From Escherichia phage vB_EcoM_WL-3, in the sequence record MT968995.1: 64,000 bases of DNA; one strand, given 5' to 3'. Shown in pieces: positions 7,962 through 17,667 of this stretch (position 1 is its first letter; every line of letters begins with the position of its first letter). The translations under genes and the position numbers were made by a program. A model generated the notes under the pieces. That model saw only the letters and a program-made list of their open reading frames with translations. It was not told where the DNA came from and searched no databases.

Positions 7962-9775
7962 TGGTGTTTAACCCTATGCATGATTTCTTTATTTTTGCCG
8001 AGATTAAATCCGCGTTCATTCGGATTTCCCAAATAACCACAAGTTCTTCTTATTGTGTTCATCTTTTTAGGATCAGTTTCTCCACAAATAGAACAAACAA
8101 ACCCGTTTTCAGTAGGAGTCATTTCATGGGTACTTCCGCATGTAAAACATTTATCTACTGGCATGTTAACACCAAAATAATCTAAATGTTGTGCAGCATA
8201 ATCCCATACAGCCTCAAGACCTTTTAGGTTATTTTTCATATCAGGAAGTTCAACATAAGAAATGTGACCACCTGTCGCAATGAAATGATATGGGGCTTCG
8301 CGAGAAATTTTTTCAAACGGAGTAATATTTTCTTCTACTGAAACGTGGAAACTATTAGTGTACCAGCCTTTATCGGTAACATCTTTTACACTTCCATATT
8401 TCTCAGTATCAAGTTTACAGAAGCGATAACAAAGGTTTTCAGCAGGTGTAGAATACAAGCTAAAAGCAAAACCAGTTCTTTCAGTCCACTGCTTAAGACG
8501 AGCATTCATTTTAGTTAAAATTTCCTGTCCAATATCACGACCGACAAGAATATTCAATTCGTGAATACCAATGTATCCCAAAGACACTGAACTTCTACCG
8601 TTTTTAAATAACTCAATTATATCGTCATCAGGTTTAAGACGAACCCCGAATGCACCTTCTTGGTAAAGAATAGGAGCAACAGTAGCTTTAACTCCTTTTA
8701 AGGAACTAATTCTACACATCAATGCTTCAAAACACAAATCCATTCGTTCATTGAACAATTCGGCAAATTTCTGTTCATTGAACTGTGTTCCAATATAAGA
8801 ATCTAGCGCAATGCGAGGAAGATTCAGTGTTACAACACCAAGATTATTACGTCCATCAAGAATTTCATTACCAGTCGAATCTTTCCATACACTCAAGAAA
8901 CTACGACAACCCATTGGAGAAACAGGAATAGATGAACCGGTGATAGCTTTATTGTTCTTAGCCGAAATGATGTCAGGATACATTCTTTTACTTGCACACT
9001 CTAGAGCAAGCTGCTTAATATCATAGTTCGGATCGTCTTTATAAAGATTAACACCTTCTTCAACGAACATAACAAGTTTAGGGAAAATAGGAGTTATCCC
9101 GTCACGACCAAGGCCTTTAATACGATTTTTCAGAATTGCTTTCTGAATCATTCGTTCAGTCCAGTCAGTTCCCATGCCAAATGTAATTGTTACAAAAGGC
9201 GTTTGTCCGTTTGAACTAAAGAGAGTATTTACTTCATATTCATAAGCTTGGAATGCATCGTATACGTCTTTTTCTGTTTTAGATTGTGCATAATTCAACG
9301 CATCAGCGATTTGCCATTTTTCTGCATCCTCAATATGTTTTGCATAGGTGCGTTTAACATAAGGAGAAAGGACTTTATCTACATTCGCAAAAGTCGTTCC
9401 ACCATATTGATGGGAAGCAACCTGTGCAGTAATTTGTGCCATAATTGCAGTAGCAACACCGATTGATTTAGGAGTTTCAATCTGTGCATTACCGAGCTTA
9501 AATCCGTTCTCAAGCATTCCTTTTAAATCTACTAAACAGCAATTAGTAAATGGAAGAGCAGGGGAATAATCAATATCATGGAAATGAATAATTCCGCTTT
9601 CATGCGCTTTCATAATAAAAGACGGGACCATATTTTTGGCAATGTGTTTAGACACAATACCAGCCATAAGGTCCCGTTGAGTTGGAAAAACACGAGAATC
9701 TTTATTAGCATTCTCGTTTAAAAGGTCTTTATTAGTTTTATGAATCAATCCTTCAATTTCTTTTTCAATTGTCAT
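7958..9775 (-). CDS. nrdD: Anaerobic ribonucleoside-triphosphate reductase, uninterrupted
   Basis: 605 aa single ORF; C-terminal glycyl-radical region and Cys-rich tail (CFTCGS...CSICG); no intron. Confidence 0.95.
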   Translation of the reverse strand: MTIEKEIEGLIHKTNKDLLNENANKDSRVFPTQRDLMAGIVSKHIAKNMVPSFIMKAHESGIIHFHDIDYSPALPFTNCCLVDLKGMLENGFKLGNAQIETPKSIGVATAIMAQITAQVASHQYGGTTFANVDKVLSPYVKRTYAKHIEDAEKWQIADALNYAQSKTEKDVYDAFQAYEYEVNTLFSSNGQTPFVTITFGMGTDWTERMIQKAILKNRIKGLGRDGITPIFPKLVMFVEEGVNLYKDDPNYDIKQLALECASKRMYPDIISAKNNKAITGSSIPVSPMGCRSFLSVWKDSTGNEILDGRNNLGVVTLNLPRIALDSYIGTQFNEQKFAELFNERMDLCFEALMCRISSLKGVKATVAPILYQEGAFGVRLKPDDDIIELFKNGRSSVSLGYIGIHELNILVGRDIGQEILTKMNARLKQWTERTGFAFSLYSTPAENLCYRFCKLDTEKYGSVKDVTDKGWYTNSFHVSVEENITPFEKISREAPYHFIATGGHISYVELPDMKNNLKGLEAVWDYAAQHLDYFGVNMPVDKCFTCGSTHEMTPTENGFVCSICGETDPKKMNTIRRTCGYLGNPNERGFNLGKNKEIMHRVKHQ

Positions 9776-10245
9776 TTTAAACTCTTTCTAAGCTGCTTCT
9801 TAAATGAAGCTATTAACTGTGTTTTGGTGTCAGATTCATTATATTCAAATCCTCTTTGAAGCATCTCGGCCATCATTTCCTCTTTTCCTAAACGAGAAAA
9901 TTCCTTTGATTTATCTCCAACAAAGTTAGGGTGAATATTATTTTGGGTGTAATCGGATTTTAAATAAGTAAGTAAATTTTCTAACCATTCAAGATAATCA
10001 ACACCTTGTCCCTTTAAGCCAGAACGATTAAATTTATGCTTCATTTGACCTTCTGCGGCATTGCAGAGATTACAAAGCAATCCACGTACCTTTCCTGCTT
10101 TTGGTCCATTTAATTCATGGTCATGATCAAGATGATTAGCTTGAACATCAGGATTTAGTTCTCGTTGGCAAATTAAACATTTACCGTTTTGTGCATCATA
10201 AAATTTCTGTTTTTCTTCTTTGTATAATTTGCCAGTCAATAACAT
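9772..10245 (-). CDS. 49: Endonuclease VII (Holliday junction resolvase)
   Basis: 157 aa, matches recalled T4 gp49 (MLLTGKLYKEEKQKFYDAQNGKCLICQRELNP...HLDHDHELNGPKAGKVRGLLCNLCN). Confidence 0.95.
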   Translation of the reverse strand: MLLTGKLYKEEKQKFYDAQNGKCLICQRELNPDVQANHLDHDHELNGPKAGKVRGLLCNLCNAAEGQMKHKFNRSGLKGQGVDYLEWLENLLTYLKSDYTQNNIHPNFVGDKSKEFSRLGKEEMMAEMLQRGFEYNESDTKTQLIASFKKQLRKSLK

Positions 10246-10284
10246 AATAAATACCCTTACCTTAAATAGATAAGGGTATTTATT
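10246..10284 (-). promoter_or_regulatory. Long A/T-rich hairpin sequestering the gene 49 ribosome-binding site
   Basis: 14-bp inverted repeat AATAAATACCCTTA / TAAGGGTATTTATT directly upstream of gene 49 ATG; fits the known hairpin control of T4 gene 49 translation. Confidence 0.5.
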
Positions 10285-10570
10285 ATTTTTAAGTATTGTA
10301 AAACATTCGATGCAATCGTTTATACTGTCGAATCATCTTTTTAGTAGGACGAGAATAGGTTCCTACGCAAGTGGTCATATGAGGGTCCGTAGAATGTCCT
10401 TTAATAAAAAGTTTCCAAACCTTACCGCCATTTAACTTTTCAGTATAAACCAATTCGGTTTTCATTAAAATGCCTTGTCAGAAAAAGAATTTTGAGTTTT
10501 TTCAAGTATTATAAAACATTTGATGCAATCGCTTATATTGCCGAATCATTTGGTCAGAAAAAGAATTTTG
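10283..10570. repeat. Imperfect direct repeat pair (about 50-70 bp each; 10283-10340 and 10496-10549 with flanking GTCAGAAAAAGAATTTTG copies)
   Basis: Two copies of ...AAGTATT(G/A)TAAAACATT(C/T)GATGCAATCG(T/C)TTATA(C/T)TG(T/C)CGAATCAT at roughly 85 percent identity. Confidence 0.6.
10289..10465 (-). CDS. Hypothetical small protein (58 aa) sharing a C-terminal tail with Pin
   Basis: Hand translation MKTELVYTEKLNGGKVWKLFIKGHSTDPHMTTCVGTYSRPTKKMIRQYKRLHRMFYNT; AAGG SD; tail lies in a direct repeat. Confidence 0.35.
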   Translation of the reverse strand: MKTELVYTEKLNGGKVWKLFIKGHSTDPHMTTCVGTYSRPTKKMIRQYKRLHRMFYNT

Positions 10571-10987
10571 TGTTTCAAGCCATTCAATATATTCTGCCGC
10601 AGCTTGCATCAGGTTACCTTCATAATCATCAATATCTTTTTTCAATGCCACTTTAGCTAATGCATATGAAATACGTTCACCTTGAAAAGCGGCTTTAGGC
10701 TTCTGAACAACTTGATTAGTTCGCTCTACAACTTCTTCAATTTCGCCATTTTCAACGGATTCAGTATTCCATAAGCACCAATACGTAATTGGCTTATCAT
10801 AGATATTAATAATCTTTCCGTCGGAAAGTTCAATTTCAATAATTCCAGTATCAGGTTCTATATCATCTTCACATTCTTTTGCAAGTTCACGAACTTTAAA
10901 GACAGTACCTGCACTAAGTTCCGGCCAGTAATTACACAGCCCTGTATCAACACGATTAATTCTAAACCACTTATCTACTGTAATCAT
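10502..10987 (-). CDS. pin: Protease inhibitor Pin-like protein
   Basis: 161 aa from internal ATG (track shows TTG); position between gene 49 and nrdC as in T4. Confidence 0.6.
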   Translation of the reverse strand: MITVDKWFRINRVDTGLCNYWPELSAGTVFKVRELAKECEDDIEPDTGIIEIELSDGKIINIYDKPITYWCLWNTESVENGEIEEVVERTNQVVQKPKAAFQGERISYALAKVALKKDIDDYEGNLMQAAAEYIEWLETQNSFSDQMIRQYKRLHQMFYNT

Positions 10988-11110
10988 GTCCCATCTCCAT
11001 ATCAATTAAGTCATTTATCGTTGGTTCATTATATACTGTTTCTTCATCAGTGTAAACCGGTTCTTCCGGCTCTGGCTCTACTGTTTCCCATCTAGCCGCC
11101 CACCAGGGTT

Positions 11111-11431
11111 TTATAGCGTAATCCATTCTCGTATTGTCTGAGTTACTACACGTTCATGGAGCTCGACTAGTTCAACAGTCGGAACTGCATAATACCAGTC
11201 AGAATGGTAAGAACCTGAGCGAGATTCATTTACAGACACATGAACGTTATGTTTTGGACTAAAATAAACACACTGACGATATTGGCATTTACCATCTTGC
11301 ACCCAGTCTTCTATTTCAATAGGTTTAAGATAGTCGGAAAAATCGAAATCATAGTTTTCCGAAAATGCATCATGGTCTTCGATGATTTCACTCAGAACTG
11401 CATCAACATCTAATTTATTTTCAATAGTCAT
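11111..11431 (-). CDS. Hypothetical protein (49.x region)
   Basis: ORF track 106 aa. Confidence 0.55.
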   Translation of the reverse strand: MTIENKLDVDAVLSEIIEDHDAFSENYDFDFSDYLKPIEIEDWVQDGKCQYRQCVYFSPKHNVHVSVNESRSGSYHSDWYYAVPTVELVELHERVVTQTIREWITL

Positions 11432-11442
11432 TTTTTCACCAA

Positions 11443-11613
11443 TTAATTTCGCAATTTATTAAGTTCTTCATAATCAATCCAGGATTCTAATCCTGATGGC
11501 AAATCAGATTCAATTTCCCACAGAAGTTCTTCAATTTTATGAAGACGATCTAATTCTTCAGCTGGAATAGTAACCATTGATGGAGCTCTTGATACACTAA
11601 TATCGTAAATCAT
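11443..11613 (-). CDS. Hypothetical small protein (49.x region)
   Basis: Track ORF shortened to internal ATG abutting the upstream stop. Confidence 0.45.
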   Translation of the reverse strand: MIYDISVSRAPSMVTIPAEELDRLHKIEELLWEIESDLPSGLESWIDYEELNKLRN

Positions 11614-11615
11614 AT

Positions 11616-11831
11616 TTACCCCAGTTTGACCATACAATCGCCGTATTTCCACTTAGAAATAGACTTTTCGCCGTTAGAATAATAAACTTCGAGTTTAGCA
11701 CGATTATTTTTAATTTGAATAACCTTGGCTGTCATTAAAGTTCCATACCCATAGTAAACTGCAACTTCATCACCTACATATACCGCGCTTCCGCGGTAAT
11801 CATGGATATAATCAGTTCCTTCGAGCATCAT
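11616..11831 (-). CDS. Hypothetical small protein (49.x region)
   Basis: ORF track 71 aa; start overlaps nrdC stop. Confidence 0.55.
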   Translation of the reverse strand: MMLEGTDYIHDYRGSAVYVGDEVAVYYGYGTLMTAKVIQIKNNRAKLEVYYSNGEKSISKWKYGDCMVKLG

Positions 11832-12091
11832 TTAAAGTATTCCCGCAATTGGTCAAATCCACCAATATGACTTCCATCAGGAGCAAATACCTGAGGCATT
11901 GTCAAGCCAATTTGAGTATCACGACCTAGTTTAGTCAGAAGCTCAGCAATTTTCTCATCGTCAAAAACACCTTTTTCCGGCATAATGTTGATAAACTCAA
12001 ACGGCTGTTTCTTCACGGTCAAAAGACGTTTTGCATTATCGCAATACACACATTTATGGATGTTGCTATCATAACCATATACTTTAAACAT
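11828..12091 (-). CDS. nrdC: Thioredoxin/glutaredoxin
   Basis: 87 aa; CVYC redox motif; matches recalled T4 NrdC. Confidence 0.9.
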   Translation of the reverse strand: MFKVYGYDSNIHKCVYCDNAKRLLTVKKQPFEFINIMPEKGVFDDEKIAELLTKLGRDTQIGLTMPQVFAPDGSHIGGFDQLREYFK

Positions 12092-12092
12092 A

Positions 12093-12335
12093 TTATTCCT
12101 TAATTCCTAGTACTTGTTTAAAAGTCTCGTCGTAATCAAGACTTTGGCCCGTTTGTTCTTTATGTTTGTATATAATATCACTTACTTCTGATAGCATATT
12201 TTTATATGAACGAGTTAAAGCAGATTTAAGCACACTGTATCTATCAGGAAATTTACCGTGTTCATTATAATAAGCTATTGCTAATTCACGGACTGCCTTT
12301 TCGGCAGTCTCCATATATTCTTTACGCTTTGTCAT
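12093..12335 (-). CDS. Hypothetical small protein (nrdC.x)
   Basis: Track ORF trimmed to internal ATG; weak SD. Confidence 0.4.
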
Positions 12336-12639
12336 TTTCTTCTCGGTCAAATCGGTGTTTACAATGGCGGCATTTATAACGAAGATTATTAGTCTGCCAA
12401 TGGACCAATTGCACCTGTTCAGTTCCACACTCAGGGCAATTAGGAACGTTTTTAGAAGCTCTTTCACGTCGTTCAACCATAGCCATAATAGCATCCCATG
12501 CTGGAGGTTTAAAATCTAAATCGTCGCAGCCGTGAATCTTTCCACGCATTTCCATATCATCTTCCTCACCAGCCATAATAATTTTAATTAGACTGGAATT
12601 ACTTGAAGCTGCAATGTCTTCTAATAGACGCTTTTTCAT
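12322..12639 (-). CDS. Hypothetical zinc-ribbon protein
   Basis: 105 aa; CPECG...CRHCKH four-Cys motif. Confidence 0.55.
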
Positions 12640-13565
12640 TTCAATACCTCAATAGCATTGCGTAAACCATTTGCTTTTGCATTAAGAGCTTTTAACAATT
12701 TGGTGTGTTCTGCAATTTGGGCTTCAACTTCAATCAAACGAGCATTGAGATATTCGCGTTCTTCGCTCAGGTTATCAACCTTTTCTACTTTAGGTTCTTT
12801 TACAACTGGCTTATACGTATTAGGGTTCTTCAGTTTAATTAGAATGCGTGAGCTGTATAACATTGAACCATTATCTTCGGTTTCATCATACATTTCTACT
12901 ACGTCCATGATTTTTAACATCATGCGGAGTTTATAAGATAACGAACGAATAGTTTTGTTGTGCTTATTAATTTCTCTAGCTGTCATGGTGCCGAGATTAC
13001 GTGAGTAATAATAAGGAACCTGGATATTAATTAATACTGATGAACCACCTGGCTTGTGTGTTACTTCATCAGCAATAACCCAGTCCTTAACATGAACTGT
13101 ATTTGTACGGTCATCGCCAGCGGTAAACAGTTTGCGAGCATGCTTAAAAAGCATATTCACTTGAGTATTGAATTGACAAGCAAATTTATCAGCAAATTTA
13201 GTTTCAGGAATGGTAGATAACCAATCAGCCAAATGGGTCTTTTTAACATCGTTAATAATAGTAAATTCAACCAAATCGGTTATAGATGTCGAAGTTTTAA
13301 TGAAGCTCGGCTTCATAAAGTTTTTAATGTTATCACGAGCTACAGTAGAAGATAACATACGAGAACGTTTAAACCATTCAAGCAAATTGCCTAACGAATG
13401 AGAATAAGCGTTCTGAGTATCTTTACAGATATGATTTTCCTGGCCAACATACTGAAGGAAATCACGAAGAATATTATTGATTACTGCTCTATGTCCTATC
13501 TGATAATCACGATGTTTAGTAATAAGATTGTCAAAATAATCAATATAATGTTTACGAGTTTTCAT
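12636..13565 (-). CDS. Hypothetical protein with C-terminal coiled coil (nrdC.x array member 1)
   Basis: 309 aa; heptad-rich tail ...[42 protein letters not shown]. Confidence 0.65.
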   Translation of the reverse strand: MKTRKHYIDYFDNLITKHRDYQIGHRAVINNILRDFLQYVGQENHICKDTQNAYSHSLGNLLEWFKRSRMLSSTVARDNIKNFMKPSFIKTSTSITDLVEFTIINDVKKTHLADWLSTIPETKFADKFACQFNTQVNMLFKHARKLFTAGDDRTNTVHVKDWVIADEVTHKPGGSSVLINIQVPYYYSRNLGTMTAREINKHNKTIRSLSYKLRMMLKIMDVVEMYDETEDNGSMLYSSRILIKLKNPNTYKPVVKEPKVEKVDNLSEEREYLNARLIEVEAQIAEHTKLLKALNAKANGLRNAIEVLK

Positions 13566-13621
13566 ATTCTTCTCACTTGGTTAATAATTTATGCTCCAAG
13601 CCGTCCTTGGCTTAAATTACT

Positions 13622-14629
13622 TTACTTAATTAACTGTAAAGCTTGTTCCAGACGATCAAGACGATTAACAGATTCTTCCCAAATCCTTTTAGCTTGTTCA
13701 TACTCTTTGTGCGCTTTATTAGAAATTTCTAGAGCTTCCTTATACGCCTTTTCTAGTGCGATAACTTCTGGACGAATTTCTATCGGTTCAGGTGAATCGT
13801 CAAGACATTCCATTAGTTCCTCAAGGGTAGTTTCTTCTTTAGGAGTATTCACAATTTCATCACATTTTTGCTGGTAAATTTCTTTATCAGTCGGTGAGTA
13901 CGCACACTTTACTTCACGAAGACTAACTACAATTTTATATCCTTCCCAACCGCATATATTCTTAAAAGGACAAGTATGAATATTTTCTACTGTTTCCATA
14001 CAAAGTAATGCAGTCTCTAACTGACGAGTTATATCACTAGCAATTGAGAAAAATTTATTAATGTTCTTTTGATTAGCTTCTGGTGTAAAAAATCCATAAT
14101 TAATAAAAATAGCTACTTTATTTTTATCAAGCTCATATTCTTTTATTGTAATCATATCAGCAGCTAAAGGATGAATTTGACGATAATCGCCATAACATAG
14201 TTTAGAAGCCGATTTCAGAATTTGCTTTTTGAAAAGTCTAAATTTACTAACCCAACGACGAGTAAAAATATTCTCAGGGTCTTCTTTGGTATTAAGATGA
14301 TAAGAATTAACATCACCGAACCAGTTATATCCTACTACATCTTTAGTTCGTTTAATTTCTTTACCAAATTTACTAAGAATATCTCTGTTGACTAAGTATG
14401 AAAGAAGACGAGACCCTTTAAAGGTTTTCTTAATACCATCTTTATTTGTACGACTAGAAATTTCACGAACTTCATGAATAAATTTGCCGGAAGAAACAAT
14501 ACTTGCATCAATATTATTGAGCCATTGATTGATAATAGAAAGAACGCTATTTTGGCCAAACAACGGTATAGGCATAACTTTATTATCAATAACATTATTG
14601 AATGATTTGATGTATTCGTTACGAGTCAT
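13622..14629 (-). CDS. Hypothetical protein with C-terminal coiled coil (array member 2)
   Basis: Start moved to ATG 14629 with GAGGAG SD; tail ...KEYEQAKRIWEESVNRLDRLEQALQLIK. Confidence 0.65.
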   Translation of the reverse strand: MTRNEYIKSFNNVIDNKVMPIPLFGQNSVLSIINQWLNNIDASIVSSGKFIHEVREISSRTNKDGIKKTFKGSRLLSYLVNRDILSKFGKEIKRTKDVVGYNWFGDVNSYHLNTKEDPENIFTRRWVSKFRLFKKQILKSASKLCYGDYRQIHPLAADMITIKEYELDKNKVAIFINYGFFTPEANQKNINKFFSIASDITRQLETALLCMETVENIHTCPFKNICGWEGYKIVVSLREVKCAYSPTDKEIYQQKCDEIVNTPKEETTLEELMECLDDSPEPIEIRPEVIALEKAYKEALEISNKAHKEYEQAKRIWEESVNRLDRLEQALQLIK

Positions 14630-14654
14630 AATAATCTCCTCAGTAGAAAGTAAG

Positions 14655-14690
14655 AACATTATACCACATCCTTGTGGCAAAGTAAACTAG
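14655..14690 (-). promoter_or_regulatory. T4-type early promoter (-35 GTTTAC, -10 TATAAT)
   Basis: Minus-strand GTTTAC then 18 nt then TGGTATAAT upstream of ORF 13622-14629. Confidence 0.45.
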
Positions 14691-15709
14691 TTCAGTGCAT
14701 TTAGTGCATTGTTTAGTTTAGAACGTTGCTTCGTGAGATTTTTGACTTTTTCTTGAGCTTTTTCTAGCATCTTTTCAGCTTCTAGCACTTCATTAGTTGC
14801 TTTGACGAGTTCATCATCTACTGCCTTGATAGACTTCTCAATCGCATCCGCGTGCCATTTTTCAACAGGTTTAAGACTCGGATTTTCAATAGGAAGAAAA
14901 TTCACTTTATTGAATTTCCATGCATCTTTATTGCCTGAACTATACATCCAAAATTTAGAATCGTTTGATGAGTAATTAGATAAATTTAAGTTATCTTGCA
15001 CTTCTTGCTTTTTCTCTTGCGGGACTTCGTCCTTTCTCAAAAAATCGTATTTAAATGAAACGATCATATCAAGTTCATATGTTGTTGTATGTTCCCAATT
15101 TCGCTCAAAACGAGGTAAAATCTTAGAATGAACAGCGGCAACAACATCCATATACTTAAATGCTTCTGTCAACTGCGATTTAAGGCATTCGCAAATTGAA
15201 AGAGAATTTTTTGTATTAGGTTTAAAGCTAATTCGTGCAGTTCTATTATTTTCTTTTAATGGTCTTACTTCCATCTGAAGAGTATAACCATCAAATTTCA
15301 GGTTCTTTAAGTTAATGTCAGAACCTTTTAATCGACTAGCCGTCGACAAAATTTGCTTTAATTGTTTACGGAATAGAGCAATAAATCTCCATTCAATACG
15401 ATAATGATTTGGATTGAAAAATCCAGATGATAAATCGACCTTACTTTGACCAACGCCTTGAACAAATAGAGGATTTTTATAATCAATAGTTTTACAGAAA
15501 TCGGTGAGCTGCTCACGAGCAGTCATTTGTGTAATATACCCCGCTTTACTAAAATGACGTAACCATTCACTGCTATTCAGATGTTTAAAGGCGTGAATGG
15601 AACAATTAACTTTACCAAGGTCTAAATTATTTTCGCACAAAAATGTCATAGCATCACGAGTATAGCTGGCATTACGAACCATATCTTCAATTTGAGAACG
15701 AGTTTTCAT
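14687..15709 (-). CDS. Hypothetical protein with C-terminal coiled coil (array member 3)
   Basis: 340 aa; tail ...LEAEKMLEKAQEKVKNLTKQRSKLNNALNALN. Confidence 0.65.
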   Translation of the reverse strand: MKTRSQIEDMVRNASYTRDAMTFLCENNLDLGKVNCSIHAFKHLNSSEWLRHFSKAGYITQMTAREQLTDFCKTIDYKNPLFVQGVGQSKVDLSSGFFNPNHYRIEWRFIALFRKQLKQILSTASRLKGSDINLKNLKFDGYTLQMEVRPLKENNRTARISFKPNTKNSLSICECLKSQLTEAFKYMDVVAAVHSKILPRFERNWEHTTTYELDMIVSFKYDFLRKDEVPQEKKQEVQDNLNLSNYSSNDSKFWMYSSGNKDAWKFNKVNFLPIENPSLKPVEKWHADAIEKSIKAVDDELVKATNEVLEAEKMLEKAQEKVKNLTKQRSKLNNALNALN

Positions 15710-15717
15710 GGTGTTCC

Positions 15718-16629
15718 TTAAGATTTAAGTAAATCAACAATTTTAATTAATTTTTCACGCTCAGATTTAGCTTTACTACTCAATCCAGATAGTCTGAAAA
15801 TTTCATCGTCATATTGTTGAATAGAAATATTCAGCTCTTCAATCTGTTTATTAAAATAATCAATTTGTTCAGAATGTTTTTCGTTACTACGAACTGGTAC
15901 AGGTTTTGTAGGCAATTTAGTTGAACTGGATTCATCCGGGCGATAAATTAAAATACAACTTGAACCAATAGGGCATTTTGCACCAGATGAATATTCTAAT
16001 GTTCCGGCTTCTTTTAAAACTTCAAAAGCTAAACAGAGATGATGCCCCATATTAACATAATCTGTAGAGTGAGCTCTGACGTAATAATCATCTCCACGAG
16101 TGCTAAATTTAAAGCATTTAAGGTCTTCTGTATTATTGGTCTTAAAAATCATTTGTTTATCTAGACCTTTAGCTAATCGAGCGCCTAATGCTAATAATCG
16201 TCTTTGATTTTCCCACAAATCCGCAATCATTTGATCGAATGATAATTTTGGCATTAGTCGACCATAAAGGTCATATCCTTTATTATAATTACGAAGGATT
16301 TCACTCGCATTAATACGAGACAATGCTCCAATTTTATTAAGGGCTTTCATAATGCGATTAGATAAACTCATTCCAGATCCGTTTGTTCGCTGCAAATGTT
16401 TTTCTAATCCAAATCCAATATCAACTTTAAACTTATCTAAAATTTCTGCATGAACATCTCTGTCAATAACATTCAAATCCAAAGTTGAGTTAAATCTATG
16501 AAAAAATTTATCTGGCTCTGCACTGCGAAATACAGTCCATTCATTCATCATTTTTTTATTAACTAAAGATTTAATTACTGCATTGACATTATTAATTACT
16601 ACTGACATATTTTCCTCACTCAATTTCAA
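15718..16629 (-). CDS. Hypothetical protein with C-terminal coiled coil (array member 4)
   Basis: 303 aa; tail ...IEELNISIQQYDDEIFRLSGLSSKAKSEREKLIKIVDLLKS. Confidence 0.65.
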   Translation of the reverse strand: MKLSEENMSVVINNVNAVIKSLVNKKMMNEWTVFRSAEPDKFFHRFNSTLDLNVIDRDVHAEILDKFKVDIGFGLEKHLQRTNGSGMSLSNRIMKALNKIGALSRINASEILRNYNKGYDLYGRLMPKLSFDQMIADLWENQRRLLALGARLAKGLDKQMIFKTNNTEDLKCFKFSTRGDDYYVRAHSTDYVNMGHHLCLAFEVLKEAGTLEYSSGAKCPIGSSCILIYRPDESSSTKLPTKPVPVRSNEKHSEQIDYFNKQIEELNISIQQYDDEIFRLSGLSSKAKSEREKLIKIVDLLKS

Positions 16630-17023
16630 TTTTACTAAATATACAGAATAAGATGGAACAGACTATATAAGCACCACACACAGATTGAACTAATACCATT
16701 CCAAAGAACCAAACAATATTATCAAACAATGTCTGTTTTACGTCGAAAGGACGTAAACTTACAGTAATATTATCACCTTTTTCTATTGAAGAATACATCT
16801 CTGGGGAAATATATTCACTAAATCTATAACCATCTTTGAGTTCATATACGGCAATAAACGATAAACTAGACCCTTTTCCTTGTGTTCCTGTAATGGTATT
16901 AACTACAGTAACATCATAATCTTTATAATGCATATAATCATTAATTGCGTAATAACCATATGCAATTACTACACATAAACAACATATCAATAAATTCAAT
17001 CTTTTAATTATCAACTGTTTCAT
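16616..17023 (-). CDS. Hypothetical membrane protein (two predicted TM segments)
   Basis: 135 aa; hydrophobic N- and C-terminal stretches. Confidence 0.55.
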   Translation of the reverse strand: MKQLIIKRLNLLICCLCVVIAYGYYAINDYMHYKDYDVTVVNTITGTQGKGSSLSFIAVYELKDGYRFSEYISPEMYSSIEKGDNITVSLRPFDVKQTLFDNIVWFFGMVLVQSVCGAYIVCSILFCIFSKIEIE

Positions 17024-17078
17024 AATAATCTCAATTAAAAGGGCTTAGAACCATTATACCATCCTTGGTATAAAGCGG

Positions 17079-17606
17079 TTATGCGAGTACCGTCTTTAAC
17101 CGTTCTTCAAACTTCCGAAGAGTATTTTGGCGTTCAGCTCTTTGCTTTTTGTAAGTTTCAATACGCTCTGAAATGAGAGTGTATCGTTCATTTACTGATT
17201 CTTTCATAAAATCAGGAATTTCACGAGAAGCTTTAATCTCGTCAAATTTATCAATAACAGCTTGCTCTTCAGCAATTAAGTTATCATACATTAAAATATC
17301 TTTCTTGATAAACTCAATATCTTCTTGAGTTACACGAGATAATTTAGATGCTTTATCCTTTTTGTACTGTTCGTTAGTATCACGAGACCAGTGTAATGTA
17401 CGATTTTTATTCGTATTTTTGTAAATTTCTACAATACCGATCTCATCGATAATAACGATCCAATTCCAACGGGATTTGTAAATTTGTCCTCCATCAACAG
17501 TGATTTCACCTCCGATTGAGATGTCATTAAAGAACTTGCTTTGCGCTTCAGATTTAAATTTACCATCGTTGTAATTTACTAAGTTGAAAATATCTTTAGC
17601 GTTCAT
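17079..17606 (-). CDS. Hypothetical protein
   Basis: 175 aa; ATG with GGAGG SD; early promoter upstream. Confidence 0.6.
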   Translation of the reverse strand: MNAKDIFNLVNYNDGKFKSEAQSKFFNDISIGGEITVDGGQIYKSRWNWIVIIDEIGIVEIYKNTNKNRTLHWSRDTNEQYKKDKASKLSRVTQEDIEFIKKDILMYDNLIAEEQAVIDKFDEIKASREIPDFMKESVNERYTLISERIETYKKQRAERQNTLRKFEERLKTVLA

Positions 17607-17631
17607 TTTCTGTTCCTCCGTAGTTGATAGT

Positions 17632-17667
17632 TGTATAGTACCACAGAGGAACAGTCTTGTAAACCAC
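17632..17667 (-). promoter_or_regulatory. T4-type early promoter (-35 GTTTAC, -10 TACTAT)
   Basis: Minus-strand GTTTAC (17659-17664 rc), TACTAT (17635-17640 rc), 18-nt spacer. Confidence 0.45.

Noticed and set aside
13398-13877. Plus-strand 159-aa ORF antisense to the coiled-coil array genes
   Set aside because: Antisense to well-supported minus-strand genes in a densely packed unidirectional block; low-complexity A/T-driven frame with no RBS.
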